Shown here in pieces: positions 26,764 through 42,793 of a DNA stretch of 64,000 nucleotides. Position 1 is the first letter of the stretch, and each line of letters begins with the position of its first letter. Made by a program: the position numbers and the translations under genes. Below the pieces are notes generated by a model. That model was not told where the DNA came from and ran no database searches. It saw only the letters and a program-made list of their open reading frames with translations. This stretch comes from the human T2T-CHM13v2.0 reference genome, Homo sapiens, in NCBI RefSeq assembly GCF_009914755.1, contig NC_060928.1. One strand, written 5' to 3'.

Positions 26764-26907
26764 TGTAGTCCCAGCTACTCCAGAGGCTGAGGCAGAAGAA
26801 TCGCTTGACCCCAGGAGGCGGAGGTTGCAGTGAGACGAGATTGTGTCACTGTACTCCAGCCTGGGCGATAAAGCGAGACTCCGTCTGAAAAAAAAAAAAA
26901 AAAAAAA
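26764..26907 (+). mobile_element. 5'-truncated AluS (right arm) with A20 tail
   Basis: TGTAGTCCCAGCTACTC...GGAGGTTGCAGTGAG...GAGACTCCGTCTG followed by A20. Confidence 0.93.
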
Positions 26908-28970
26908 TTGTGAGTCTTCAAGGGGGAGATTTAGTGCAATTTGGTCTCCTTACTTACATGACCATAGAATCCTTTTTTCTCATGCTTTATCCTCTGTGGA
27001 ACACACATGGGTAAATGACATTACAAAGCCCAACTATTAAAGCAAAATGAACTTCAAGTTAGATAGGTTGGATTCTCATGAGGATTCAGCTTCAGTTTTC
27101 TCAACTCTAATATCGGTTTCATAGTACTACTTTTGCAAACTCTTCATGAAAATTAACATGATCTTACATGTAAACTCTAGCACATTGTCTAGAATATGTA
27201 AAGGCTTCAGTGTAATTTTTTGAATAAAACTGATGGCATATGTACAGATGGCTCATTGGTAATAAAATATGGCAAGGTCTAAAGAAAATAGGAAAATGTA
27301 AATAGCTAAAACGTGATTGACTTTTAATTTTGCCAGAGAGGATGTTAGGAGTCAGAGACAGAGTCATTTGAGTTCCTTTCAAAAACTGACCCCTACCAGC
27401 CTGCCTTATGTCAAATCCCTTCCCTTACTCCATGTTTCTTTGGCTCAGGCTACAGTGTTGTTTTCCACACACCCTGAAGTTCACATTCTTGCTCATAGTG
27501 ATTTCTCAGTCCATAGCACCCTTCCTCTTCCTGTCCACATGGCAAAGAGCATCATATTACAGGAGGTGCTAATAGGTACTCCACAAAAGTACTTACACTA
27601 ATGCTTGTAGTATGTTTTCTTTCAAAATATGTTTTAAGCATATAATTTCAAAAGTAGCCATATATATTTAGTCTCCCTAATTGAAAATCATCTCCTTTAA
27701 AATAAGTTTCATGAAATTGGTTGACACATCAACATTTTAACCTGTGCATCCTCATATTGGCAGCAATTAAGTAAGTAGAGAGTTGTGGGGGTTTTTCTGT
27801 TGGAGGCTGACTGGTCAATGTCATAATTTGACAACATTTTGATACCCAATATTTATTGTGTATTAAACCAATGAATAAAATTTTTGTCATTTCTTGCAGC
27901 AAATAATTAATTATAAATTCATTTATTAGGTTTATTTTTTTGGGGGGGTTCCTTTTAGTTGTTTACCTTTCCCATACTTTTAATATAACTAACAACCTTC
28001 TGTCAATATTTATTAGATACATTACAGTTTTTACATTTACAATTTTTAATTTCTTCCCATGGTCAAATAAATTTGGGAATTCTGCGGTCAACTTTGTTCG
28101 AAGTATAAGTATAAAACTTTATTGCATCATAAGTGGCTAGATTTATATCCACCTCCTTCTCTAAATTACAAGTTCCTTAAGGGTCTTGATCTTTGTTTTG
28201 TTTACTTTCTACCACCAATATCTCACACAATTTCCATCACACAAAAGTTGCACAGTACTTTAATTACTGCAACTTGAACATCTCCAGGCAAAATTGTATC
28301 CTTTTATTCCTGCCTACTGATGAGCTTTATTCCTGGTCTTGGGATTCTTGACACCTAGAACTATCACAGAGGAATATTAGAGTAGGTACATGGGACCTAC
28401 CACTATAGGACAGTGAAAGCTGGGCCTACTGTCCCTTTTTTCCATTCCCACACCCTATATCCTCATAGAGCACAGCTACAGGACATGCAAAATGAGAAAA
28501 TAGAGTTGATAGCAGCATGTAGAGAATTATTTTATTGCTCATTGAGAGCAAAAGTCACCCTCAGTCTCACTCTTTCTCTCACACAGCACCCTCCCATTTT
28601 ATATAATATTGAATTCTTTCATTCACAGGTCAGAGAATCAAGTATGTTGTGTATACATTATGCCTACTTTTTTTAACCGAGGCATTAGGTTGGTAAAGAG
28701 TCAGGATGTCAAACTTTCATACTCATAGAATACAGCCTGGCACATAATAGGCACTAAAAGAATAATTATTAAATGAATGAAGAAGTGAATATTTACTGTC
28801 TCTACTTGAAGTGAATATTTACTTCTACTTATTATTACTTGAGAGAAATGAGTAGGGAGTTGTTGTCATTGTTTCTCTACTGTCAGTGAATAAGCTATTT
28901 CCAACTTGGGTCTTTTTCACAGAAATTTTCAGAAGTTCCATAAAAAGATTTTTAAAAATTAAACAACAGG

Positions 28971-29283
<313 letters not shown>

Positions 29284-30547
29284 CTAAACACAAGTATCAA
29301 GAAATCAGAGATGGAAAGGCCTTATTAGGTCATCTAGTTCATGCTTTGGCTACTGGTTGAGGCAGTGTTCTTCCTATAGTCATTTCCTTCAGAGGAAAAC
29401 CATTATCTTGCAAGAACAAAGTTGGGTGTTCAGGATTTCTTATTTAATCACTTGATTTTAGAAGAATAATTCCACAATGGGACAAAGTCTTGAGGGAAAA
29501 TCATTCCTCATGTTCCTTGATCTTTCTCCTTTTTCTCCACTTGGGATTATTCATTACACCCTTAACTATCATTAGCACCATAAATAACCTCTTTCTTTCC
29601 TTGATAAAGTTTGGTTTCACAATTAAATATTTAGCTGTTCATACTCAACTAACAGAAACAGATATTGCTGTCTACCATCTTTTGTTTTTATAGTCTTTCT
29701 CTGTTTCTTCAAGCCTTTAAGATATTTTTGGCTTGGAAACTCTGAATGGTAATGGAAGATTAGAGTCTTCCTGGGGCCAGGGTTAAAACAGAAACAAGGG
29801 AGCAATTAAAATTTGAAATTCTTTCAAATGTTTCTTATAATAGCATAACTTAATAGTTTTAACTATTTTAGTAGCAAAGCATTTAGAATCATTGTCAGGT
29901 TACTTTGCATTCATGCAATGATTTTCTCTTGACATCTCAAGGAATTCTAATCTAGTGGAATGCTGGATAAAATGAGTATTTAAGTCCATTAAATTAATCA
30001 GTGTATTCCCTTGGAGAGTTGGGGGTTCAAAATGAGAGATGTGGCATAGTACTTTTCACACAGCAGGCCATTCAACAAATATTTGATAAACTTAATTAAA
30101 TAGCTATCTGACTCATACTAATTATAGCAACACTTGTATTTTAAAGGGCCACCACATTGGTAACTGCAAAATTGTGAGTTGTTTTCTATAGTTGTCAATC
30201 CTGCAAAACATTTGTGTGGTACATCACAGTACTCAAGACTGTGAATCAACTACCATTTAAAAAAAAATAAAAGTACGATTCATAATTTCCAACTGGACTC
30301 AATAGACTTTATTGAGAGGGAAAAATTTTTAGCAAACTAGCAGTTACAGCTCATAAATAGGATTCTCCTATAGGAAAGTGTAGTTATACAAGTCAGGAAA
30401 ATAGTGTTCTGAATTTACACTGGAGTCAAAACAAGATGAAGTGAGTTTATGTGGGGTAAAAGCTGTACTGAAATTACATTTGAGAGAATCCCTCCACTTA
30501 TTAATAAGAGTTTTCAACAAAACTAGTTAACAAAGCAAAGTCTGTAA

Positions 30548-30981
<434 letters not shown>

Positions 30982-32224
30982 CTACTATGTAAGATTTGAG
31001 CATCATTGTGGTATATTAAAACTAACAGAAAGACTTTATATTTTATTATTAGTTTCATGAGCCCTCTTTTATTTATCCAATGGCTGGCAAAGTTTTCATA
31101 AAATGTTTATAAAAGTTTTTGGTTTGGATTATGTTTTGTTTTAAGGGAAAAACAAATGTTCCCATCCCATTGAGTTACTGAAATTCACCCCCAATTTTAT
31201 TTCATAAACACAGCTTTTAAATAAGATCAGTTATTTAATTCTCAGAATATTACATGTATTCCTTAAGGTAGCAATTAACTCTTTCCAGACTAAAAACAGC
31301 AAAGAGAAAATGGGAAGAAAAAAATAACTCAACAAACAAATGAAAAATTAGTTATGAAACTAACAATCAGTGCTAGACTGTATCTCCCAACACACAATCT
31401 TAGAATCTAGCTTGTTAGGAAGAAAAAACAAAACAAAACAAAAAAACTGAACTCTGATCTGAAAGTTTTTGAGTTTTTATTTTAATAGATTCTCATCCAG
31501 ATTATAACAGATGTAATCAAGCTAGAAATTGTTACTACTCTTATTTTGTTGGTATTATTACAAAAGGTTACTTATGTTAAGGAAAAAAGACACTGAGATT
31601 TATGTGTAGGGTCTTTATTATGTTATGTCACACTAAAGAAAGCAAGAAAATAGGAGCTACCACTATTCTGGCAAACTGTAAATGGTAAGTGCTTAGTGCG
31701 GACAGTTCAAATGTCAGATTATAAAACTGTTCAGCAGTCCTATGCCATATAGAAGAAACATAAACTTTTCAGATTGAACTTTTGCTATCAACATAATGTA
31801 ACACAAAAGAAAATAGTCTGGTGACATTTTAATGCTTTTCATGCATTTGAAAAAAACATCATCAATATTCTTTATATTATTGTATAATTAATAACAGAAA
31901 TTATTAACAGCATCAGGAAGTGATACAAGTCTATAAAGTTGAGTTAATCCTCAAATCTGTTGCCTTGATCACTCAAAAAGAGTTATGGCATTTTAACTAA
32001 ATGTTAGTTTGTGACAAATCATCCTGAAAATATATGTCACCACTTACTATGTAGTTTTCTTATGTTTTATATGCACATAAGAAGTTGACCCATGGAGGTT
32101 TCTTTAAATGCACGTGTTGTACGCAACTCTGAGCTATTCTGATTCAACAGATCCACTGTGAAAATTTGGCATCTATATTTTTCAAAAGCTTCCCAGATAA
32201 GTCAGTCTAAACTGTAAACTTACG

Positions 32225-32370
32225 CAGTGTTACTCAAACTTTTCTACCATTTTTATCCTAATAAATGCAGATTTTGATTCAGCAGGTCTGGGGTGGAGCA
32301 TTTCTAACAAGTTCTCAGGTGATGCTCATATTGCTGGTCCACAGAAAACACTCTGAATTGCAAGGCCATA
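32225..32370. mobile_element. MER5A-like hAT-Charlie MITE
   Basis: GATTCAGCAGGTCTGGGGTGG...GCATTTCTAACAAGTTCTCAGGTGATGCT...GCTGGTCCACAGAAAACACTCTGA. Confidence 0.75.
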
Positions 32371-32831
32371 GGACATGTTATTCATAGATAATTACAGAAA
32401 ATAGAAACCACGTGACATTAAAATCAAGCATGAGCTATTTAGAATAACATCTAATTTTGTTCCCTATTCCTTACTAAACATCTATTATACACAGTTAACA
32501 TATAATTCAGAACTGAGTAGAAATAAGTCCACAAAAGCATCTCTGTGGCATTGATTCGGAAATTAAATGTGTTTTTACTAAAAAGTCATTGAACCATGTG
32601 CTTTCTTACATGGTGAGCACATTAGATAAAACCAGTTTAAGAAAAGTCAATTATTAATTTAAAAAAATAGATCACAGTCCCTGATCTACAATTCCTCCAG
32701 GAATGTCTGGTGCCCACAGGAACGCATGACAGACATTTCCTTTTGAGGTGCTGCATTTCTGAACTGCTCATGCAATAAGCCTGCACTGAGGATAGAAATT
32801 TGTCCACAATTTGCTGTCCGTTAGTAGTTTA

Positions 32832-33239
<408 letters not shown>

Positions 33240-33259
33240 CTATTATTGAAGGAATAACC

Positions 33260-33381
33260 GGCCGCGCGCAGAGGCTCACACCTGTAGTCCCAGCACTTTG
33301 AGAGGCCATAGCGGGCAGATGCCTTGAGCCCAGGAATTCCACACCCACCTTGGCAACAAAGTAAGACCTTGTCTCTACACA

Positions 33382-33426
<45 letters not shown>

Positions 33427-33515
33427 CAAAAATTAGCCCGACATGGTGGCGTGTGGCTATGGACACCACTGTACTCCAGTCCGGGTGACAGAGCAAGACC
33501 CTGTCTCGAAAAAAA
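33260..33515 (+). mobile_element. AluJ with (CA)n in the linker and a deleted right arm
   Basis: TTGAGCCCAGGAATTC and GCAAGACCCTGTCTC are J diagnostics; CA repeat at about 33377-33424. Confidence 0.85.
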
Positions 33516-36352
33516 GATAAGCATAAGATACTCCTAGGCACTGCAGTTTGTGAGACTTAGATTAATTATAAAAGTATTTGGTTGATATAAGTCAGACTGT
33601 CTTAATTAATGCTAATATTATAGCATATGTTTCAAAACTACGTAGAATCTCATATTTCTTGCTTGTTGTTTTCTTACGTTCATTATATAAATCCTGTTTC
33701 TAGGTATATAAATGTCCCATTAATCCCTTTGATCACACTAGAAAATGATGTTTTTTCATCTTCCATGAGACTAGATGGTGTTATTATTAATATGCAGATA
33801 GAGATAAGTTTTATCAAGAGAGCATTCTATAACAGATGTTGACAACCTATGAAGCAGCAAATATTTATTTTGTGTCTTGTTCTCTCTATATTCTTTTTGT
33901 AACTATCCTTCTCCATCCCTCACTTCCCCCACACAAGTTCTGTGTTCTCTTGCTTCAAGGAAATAACAGACAGAAATGCCCCATGTACAGCTTGTCCTGC
34001 TTGCTTTTGTTTCCCAGAAGCTTAAGGGTAGAGAAGTAGGTGACTTTGATAGATGAAAGAGACGGAGACAGAGATGTTAACATCTGGGTTCCCCTAAGGC
34101 CTGCAAGGCCAAGGGCAATGGAGAGAGCAGGGTCTTGGAGGGCAAAGGCTGCTGCTAGACCTGGGGAAGCTGAAACCCGGGAACTTGTGTTCCCCACCAA
34201 GACACAAAGGCTTGGACACAGGGAGTCTCAAGTAAACTGTACTGCTCAAGCCTAGAGAGGTCATTTTCAGTATTTTAATGAGTGTAAGATTCCAGGAAGT
34301 GAGACCAAGTAACTGAGGCTGAATGTTCTGCCAGCCCAAAGATCTGGGCATTAAAAATGGTTTAATTTGAGTTAAATAAAAGAAAGAAAAGTAACATTGC
34401 TTGAACATCCCAATAATGGTTGCTAAATCATACATACTAAACCTAAATTTGTTCCCTGTAGGCATGAGATTATGATAAGCAAGTAGTGTTCACCCCTATT
34501 TGTAGCAATAGCTAGGAGAATTCTCTAAGTTGAGACTTTACAAAATTAAGATACAAAAAATAAGATTTGTTGAGAAAAATTAAGTCCCTAGCATGGATGG
34601 AGAGTCCAGATGTATTTTACCACATGTTTAGTGTAAGCACAAACAAATACAGAGTATACAGTGGAACTCTAATATAAACTGCCCCTTGCCGTGCACTAAG
34701 GGATTGGTATGAATCTGGACTGGCTAAGAGAATGTTGCCTTACTTCTCTTTGGGTCTGGATTTACTTCCTTGCATTATTGTTCAAGCCTGGCTTGAACAA
34801 TATTTGTGTGAATCGAGCTGGATTTGTTTCATGCTAATTTCAAATAGACCAGTTGCTTTCCCCTAATAAGAGCTTCTTTGCTGGTAGTTCATGGCTTCCA
34901 ACTGCAAATGTTCACAGCTTCCTTCAAGAAAATCATTGCCAAATGATTTATTTTAAAGTTCCAGAGGTTTTCTCTTACTTATAGACTTTAGAATTCTCAG
35001 TGGTCTACTATATCTATTCGGAGAGAAAAATCTAATTGTGTAGCCCTATAGCATTGTAATCTGGAACTTCTTCATCCCGTTGTGGCAGAAGAGAGGCACT
35101 TTAAATTCCAGATGGGGGAGGCATAAATCCAGATCAGAATCCTAGGTGCAAACAACTCTTGTTTGGGAAAAACGGAGCCTCCATAACATGGGCTGTTCAT
35201 ATGTAGTGGTTTTCACCTCAAGTCATTATCACATGGACTAACAAGATACTCCTTCCTGTCCCACTGTATGTTTTTCTTTTGAATTTGTATTGAAATGTGT
35301 GCATCATGCTAAGCATGTACGTAATCCAAACTCCATTCCCCATAAATAAAAACAAGCTGAAAATATCACTGGCAGATAACCACCATATAAACTGAAAAAT
35401 GCACTTCATTTAAAAAGTGCTGCTCATAAATTATCCCATCCTCCAGGCCTAATTCGGTAACATAAGCTGTATGTCTAAACTCTACTTCTTCAAGTACTAC
35501 AATTAGTTCTTAAAGAGCGTCATACATTTAATTTCTTATATTACATATCGCATCTATTGCATAATATTTTCCCATGATCATCAGTAACTTCAAAACTGAA
35601 CTCTTATTTTAACCAATCAGAGAAAACTTACTGTTACCAAAAATAAAAAATAAAAAAGCCATACACAAATGATGAGCCATCTTAGGAAGTTTTCTGAAAC
35701 AATTACTGCATTGACATAAGTAAAACATTTTGCAGTGACATTCTAACAAATTGATAATATAGCTCTTTTAAACTCAGTCAGCCTGGTGAAAACAAAACAA
35801 AATAAAACAATTCTTTATAAATCATGCAAAGCATAGGCTGTTTAACTTGCTAACTTACAGAACTATCGTGATATGCAGCTTCTATTTATCGCGGTTAACA
35901 GGGCTTTCAGAAAAATCACGAATGTAAAGATTGTATCTGAGCCAAACTCACTTCCTCCCAGTCTTTTTCGATAGGGTGGTAACACAGTGTTCTTTCAGAC
36001 ATGTAATTGTTTCCTAGTCTAACTTCTACCTCCAGGTATATAAGAACCTGATATTGTCTGTATCATTATTAGTTAATTCCACTTTAAATTAAATTCATTT
36101 CCTATTTTATTGTGTGATACTTGTGTTATACTATTACTTTTATATTTACATGTAATATTATACATATGCACACATATAGACATATATGTAATAACATAGT
36201 ATCATACAAACATCATTATTTGTGCGTGTGTGTGTGTATATATATCCTAAGATATACTAGTGCTACTGTAATTAAAATAAAATGTCTAGATATTTATATT
36301 TATATATCGCAGTAATATAGTGACATCACATATATGTATAAAACACAGTAAC

Positions 36353-36649
36353 AGCTGGGTGCGGTGGCTCTCACCTGTAATCCCAGCACTTTAGGAGGCC
36401 AAGGCAGGCAGATTGCTTGAGGTCAGGAGTTCAAGACCAGCCTGGCCAACATGGTGAAACCCCATCTCACTAAAAATACAAAAATTAGCTGGGTGTAGTG
36501 GTGTGCGCTGGTAATCCCAGCTACTTGGGAGGCTGAGGCACAAGAATCGCTTGAACCCAAGAGGTGGAGGTTGCAGCAAGCCCAGATTCACACTACTATA
36601 CGCCAGCATGGGCAATAGAGTGAGACTCAGTCTCAAAAAAAAAAAAAAA
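36353..36649 (+). mobile_element. AluS (Sz/Sx-like) in TA-rich sequence
   Basis: Full dimer with A15 tail. Confidence 0.95.
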
Positions 36650-36904
36650 GGTAATAGTATATATATAATGTATATGTATATACGTGGAGAGACAAAATCT
36701 GGCAACTTTATTTTAATTAATATAACATTAAAATATCTTAGGATGAATTTCATGGTTCATCTCTTTTTTTTTTTCCTAAAAATGTCTTAGCTATATACAC
36801 TTCAGAAAATAAACAAGCAAGCAAACAAAAAGAATAAGAGCAAAAGGAAAGACAGGAAAGAAAAGGAAGGGAGGTACAAGGGAAGGGAGAAAAAAATCAC
36901 AAAT

Positions 36905-37600
36905 TTTTTTGTCAAATTTTGCTATTAGGTTTATACTAGTTGAGTTTTTCTTCTTTACTTAGGTTCTTTATAGTCATTCTTCCTTGGAAGTAATTTAGAA
37001 GAATTCACCTGTAAAACTGTCTGGGCAGGAGCCTTACAAAATAATATCATTTTAAGTACTTCTCTGGTTATCTGGTCTTTCTCATTATTGTACAGTCCAT
37101 TTTAGTAATTTATAGTTTCTATAAAATCGTATATATCACCAAGATTTTACCATTATTAATGTAGACTTATATGTATCTTATTTTTAAATTTTTATAGATG
37201 TATCATTTTATTAATGTTTCAATTCATTTTTGTTGTTTAGATTTACCAACATATTATATATTTTTATGTTTTTAAAAGAACCCATTGTTAGCTTTTATGG
37301 TTTTCCATAGATTTTTAATTTGTAATTGCTCATTTATATTTTGTATAAATTAGCTTCTTTCTCCTACTTTTCTTAAATTTAACTGCTCATTTTCAAATGT
37401 GTTCACATATTTTTAAAATTAGATTTATTCATTCATGTTTAATAATATAAATATGTAGTCTCTCACTTTCTAGAATGGCTTCTTTTGGTCATTTACCATA
37501 ACCTTTGATACACTGAATTTTCATTGTTCTTATTTTTTGTGTAGTTTTTAAACTATCTAGACTATCTGGAAATCATCTCTTTCATTCAAAAATTGCTTAA
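36905..37600 (-). mobile_element. Highly decayed ancient L1 (L1M) fragment
   Basis: T-rich strand with GAATTCACCTGTAAAACTGTCTGGGC and TTTTTAAAAGAACC, typical of antisense old L1 ORF2. Confidence 0.5.
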
Positions 37601-40600
37601 ATGTAATTTATTTTCCTTAAACTAGGGCTACTAATTTCTCTTTTTAAACCTATTTTGCCTTGTTTTTACTGAGCCCATTTTAAATTTCAAACTCAGACTC
37701 AGCTAATTCAAATTTCCCTTAATTATCTTTTTACTAGTATTTCTCTTTGGCTCTCTTTCTGTTTCTGAAATCTTTGTCATATGTGTACTAAATTTCTTGC
37801 TTCTGTCTACATCTCATCTTTTCTCTCATCATTTTTATCTGTATCTATTTGGGCTCTTGGAGAATTTAGTGAACATTTCAAACTTTTAAAATTCAATTTG
37901 CTATATAGACAAACCTTTCTTCACAACCTCTTTTATTGATTTTAATTTGGCAATCATTTTTAAACTTTTCTTTAAATTATAGTTGAATTACTCTTAGGGT
38001 TTTTTTCATTACTTATCATGTCGTTTCTTTGAATCTTATTGAGTATACATAAAAGAGATTCAAAATTTACTACCTTTTTTTTCTAATAGTAAGCTCCAAT
38101 GTTTCCGAGCTGTCCCCTTCCTTTGAACTGAAATAACTGATGTGTCTGATGACTTTTCTGTCTCTTCAGGCACACCTGAGGCAATGGAAATTAATTTCTT
38201 GTTGCCATAATTACAAGCTGATATGGAACTGTCAAAACTATGCAGGTCTCTATTTAAGTCTTTCAAGTATAAAAACAAATAAATATAAAAAGTTGAGATT
38301 TACTTTAATAATACTTTGCTAGTTCAGAGGTACAGTGGCCTGGAGAGGAATAGGAAGTATCTGAAGCCAAAGACAGCAAGTAATGGCCAGGAATTACTGG
38401 CAGAAGGCCACCATTCTTTGCCTGGCACAGTTGCATTTGTTACTAACCAACCAAAGAAGAGCCCCACTCCTTACCTACTGGGCCAAGTAGGCAGGGAATA
38501 AATGCCTCTTTGGGCATCTCCACTTGCCATGACCTCCTGGAATCAATTGTGGTTCCCAGAAGCAGTAATAGGATCCATATTGTCACACTGGCTTTGGACA
38601 GGGAAGAAGGGGAAAGGGCTGATAGCCTACTGAGATTTTGCCAGGCCTTTTGCACAAGTTGCCAGTACTTCACCTATAGAGGATCATGTGTCCAATCAAC
38701 CATTTCTTTATTTCAATCCTGTTCATCCAAGCAAATAAAAATTCCTCAACGAATCTCATGTGAGAAAACCATGGGTTATCAGAATTGATTAAAGTTATGT
38801 CTTACTTTTATATTCCACTGGTCATTTCATCAGTAGTCGTATGTGCTTCATTAACAATGTAGAGGTTTTTTCCTTTTGGGTACTAAAATGCCATCCTAGG
38901 ATATAATCCTATGCTTTCAATTTTATGTCTACTCTGGCTGTGATGTTTCTGAAAACAGTGCCTAACAACTGGGTCAGTTTGTCCACTGACATCTGGGAAA
39001 ATGCTAGACTTACTTTGGTCCATGAGTGGAAGAAAAGTCACATAGAAGCATGTGGTCTCTTCACATTTTCCCAGCTTCTGGCAACTTCCAAAACAGCTGC
39101 AAAGAGTGGTTTGTGCCAGCACTTCAGAGATCGCTTTAGCCTTTTTGTTCAGAGAGGACATATTTCTCTCTGTGGATTAACAATTATACATTCTACCACA
39201 ATGTGCATAAAATAATAATATTTTAAATCTAAAGAGTAGACTACACTAGAGGTACAGCTTTTATAACAAAGGGAACAATTTCATTTGTATTGAATATCAT
39301 TGAAACTGTTCAATGATATTACTCTAAGACATATATACTTTCTTGACAGTAAAAAGCAACAAAATATTAAGGAATGAGTTGAATGTTTTCAGATAAAATG
39401 TAAGGAAATAGGAAAATATATAAAAATCTCTCTTAAGGTAAATTATCAGAAAGAATTTTTTAGATTCTCTTTTATATTGTCTTCTACTTCCTACCAAAGA
39501 AGTTTTTCCCTCCTAAGCTTTTTTTTTTCAATCTCCTACAAACATCTCAAGTACTTTTACCTGAACACTTGTTATGCATTTGAAAAAAGGAGGCACTCAT
39601 GAATGAAACCAACAAGACAAATATTTCTCATTTAACAGGAGATACTGATAATGCATACCTAGAGATATACTCTCAAAAATTTCATGAACCAACTCACTAC
39701 ACTCCTCTATGACACTTCTGGGGAAGAAACCTTCATCTTTATGCTCATGCACTCCAATTTTGTTTTGCATTGTTTTTATTTATTTGTTTTTCATTACATT
39801 AACTGTTTGGCAGAGGAATAGAAGTCATCAGGTATGGGGAATTTCCCTCACTTGTACATTCCAAAATGTATTTTCCTAAATCAATATATAATAGATAATG
39901 TTCTAAGAAAATGCGTTGGCCATTTGCCATGAATTCTTTTCAAGATTATCTGGGTACAAAGACAGGCCTAATGATAACAAGGAAATGCGGGCAGAGATGA
40001 CACAATCTACCATCCCCTTGCAGATCGGCTTTTTCTAAGTCAGAAGGGGAAACTGGCTGTATAAAAGCTAGATTACCAGAAATTGGGGATGATATGTCTC
40101 TATTGATTGACTGATTATGAGCTAATCTCATTCACTAAATCTATACTGTCTTCATCCTTTACTCTTGACGGGAAGTCTTCCCTGAAGATATACAATCAGT
40201 TGAGGACACTCCTTCAGTAAGGAATACCTCTAACTACATGGAATAAAGCTCCGCTAAGAGTGACACTAATTATCTGGAAAACAAGAAGATACTATCCAGG
40301 ATAGTGCAGCTGCCCAGCTCAAAAATATTACCAAAAACCTGGCTGTCCATCTTTCCATCCTGTTCTCTTTAGCGGTGTTGGACCTCATCCTCAGGATTAT
40401 AGCCTCGTGATCACAAAGTTATTGCTACACTCTAGGTTTAGAACCTATCTTATAGGGAGGAAGGGAAAAAGCAATGAAGAACAGTTGGTCTAAGCAAGAA
40501 GACAAAACCTTCCTTAAATCCAGCAAATTCTCTGTAATCCTTATTAGCCACAGCTGTGTGGTGTGGCCACCACTAGGTTCAGGATGTCTGAGATACTGAA

Positions 40601-41224
40601 TTATTTTAGATGGGTTGGTCACCTCCCTTAAGGAAATTGGGAAATTTTTAATAAGAGGGACAAAAAATAGATATTAGATAGTCAAGGAACATTTTATGCT
40701 GAACAGCCTTCCCTGACAGATGCCTCTTCTTTGGTCTAAGTAGTGATATCTTTAGAGGCACTGGCTCTGTAATATCAGTTGATTCCCATTGATGCAGATG
40801 AATTGGACTTATGGATTCTCTCAGTATCAAAGCAATACAAATATTATTTCTACTTTAAATAATCATTTAAATAGATTTTGTTTCACATACATTACATACA
40901 TTTTGCTTCATTCTTCACATTGATGATTTAAAACACTTTATACAATGTACTTACTCGTGACATTCACTATAAAATATCTGTTGAATTCACTAGTTCAAAT
41001 CTTTTACACCATCTTTAAAGACATAATGCCCTCCATCACTTTAACATATCAGAATATCTCACTTTATATCTACTTTTTTAAGAGAATTAAAACCATCTCT
41101 TCCCTTCTAACTGCAACTTTCCTCAAAGCCCTAGTTGATCTTGCTTTTTGTCTGTAGGAAGAGAAAGAAAATGTCTACATTTCAACTTAAAGGCAATTAT
41201 TGAAATGTAATGTTTCTTGAAAAT

Positions 41225-41905
41225 AAACTTTTTATTTTAGAATAGTTTGTAATTTACAGAAAAAATTGCAAAGATAATAAAGGGCATTTCCATAAGCCCC
41301 ACACCCAGTTGCCCCTATTATTAACATTTTACATTAGTATGACATATTTGTCACAAGTAATGAGCCAATATTGATACACTATTATTAAAGTCTATATTCA
41401 GATTTCCTTTGATTTTTACCTAATGTCCTTTTTCTGTTCCAGGATCCCATCCAAGACACCACATTACATTTAGTTTTCATGTCACTTTTAGTCTTCTCTT
41501 GGTTGTGACAGTTTCTCATACTTTCCTTGTTTTTTGCCCTTGTTTTTTGTAACCTTGATGGTTTAGAGGAATACTGGTTATCTTACAGAATGTCCCTCAA
41601 GTGGGATTTGTCTGAATGATTAGACAGGTTGGGCACGGTGGCTCACGCCTGTAATTCCAGAACTTTGGGAGGCCGAGGCGGGCAGATCACCTGAGGTCAG
41701 GAGTTTGAGACCAGCCTGGCCAACATGGTAAAACCCCGACTCTACTAAAAATACAAAAATTAGCTGGGCGTGGTGGCAGGCACCTGTAATCCCAGCTACT
41801 AGGGAGGCTGAGGCAAGACAATCACTTCAACCCAGGAGGCGGAGGTTGCAGTGAGCCAAGATCGCGCCATTGCACTCCAGCCTGGGCAACAAGAGTGAAA
41901 CTTCA

Positions 41906-41944
<39 letters not shown>

Positions 41945-42600
41945 GAAAGGGCTTATACATTTTGAGAATGAAAACTAGAGAGATAGTGTCATTTTCATTG
42001 CACCACATCAAGGGTACATACCAGCAATACAACTTTTTGATGTTAACTTTGATCACCTGGATAAGGTAGTGTTTTCGGGATTCTCCCCTGTAAAGTTATT
42101 TCTCCTCCCATTTTTTATGTTGCGTTCTTTGACAAAGGTTACTAGACACAGCCCACACTTAAGAAGTGGGGAGTTAGCCTCCTCTTCCTTGAGGAGAGAA
42201 TATCTACATTAATTATTTGCAATTCTTCTGCATGGGATATTTATTTATTGTCCCTCACTAATTTATATAGTCAATCATTTATTTATATCGGTTTGTACTC
42301 ATGGGTATTTATTTTAAGCTTTGGATTATAACACAATACTACAATATTTCCTTGCTCAAATTGCTCCAAATGTGGCCATTGGAAACTCTTTCAGTTCTCT
42401 GCTGTGTACTTTGACATATTCCCATCGTTAGTGTCTGTATTTTTTTTTTTTACATTTCTTTATCTTTAGGCACTACAAGATGTTTCAGGCTTATCTTGTA
42501 TATTTCCTGCCCTAGTCCTAGAATCGGCTACTTCTCTATGGAGTTCTGGCTCCTTTTATTAGAGAATGGCATTAGAAACCAAGATCTGGATGCTAGGTGC
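41225..42600 (-). mobile_element. Old L1MC/MD-type 3' region, interrupted by an Alu
   Basis: TTTACAGAAAAAATTGCAAAGATA...TTCCAGGATCCCATCCAAGACACCACATTACATTTAG...ATTAGAAACCAAGATCTGGATGCTAGGTG. Confidence 0.8.
41627..41942 (+). mobile_element. AluSq/Sp-like element with (CA)n tail
   Basis: GGGCAACAAGAGTGAAACT diagnostic; CA repeat at 41907-41942. Confidence 0.93.
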
Positions 42601-42793
42601 AAATTTACTTTTAATTGGCAGTTGCACTGTAATGAGAAACACACGGAAATTAGATTCAAACCTGGAATGAGAAAATAGAGGTTCAAAGCCTGACTCCATC
42701 ATTTTCTAGCTGTGTGTTCTTGGCTATGTTACTTAGCTTCTCTAGCCCTTAGTTTCTAATGTGGTAGCCGTACTAATAGCTAACATGTAGAAT

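Noticed and set aside
28782-28830. Direct repeat GAAGTGAATATTTACT twice with a short spacer (CRISPR-like look)
   Set aside because: Only two units with a 26-bp period; an ordinary local tandem duplication in eukaryotic DNA.
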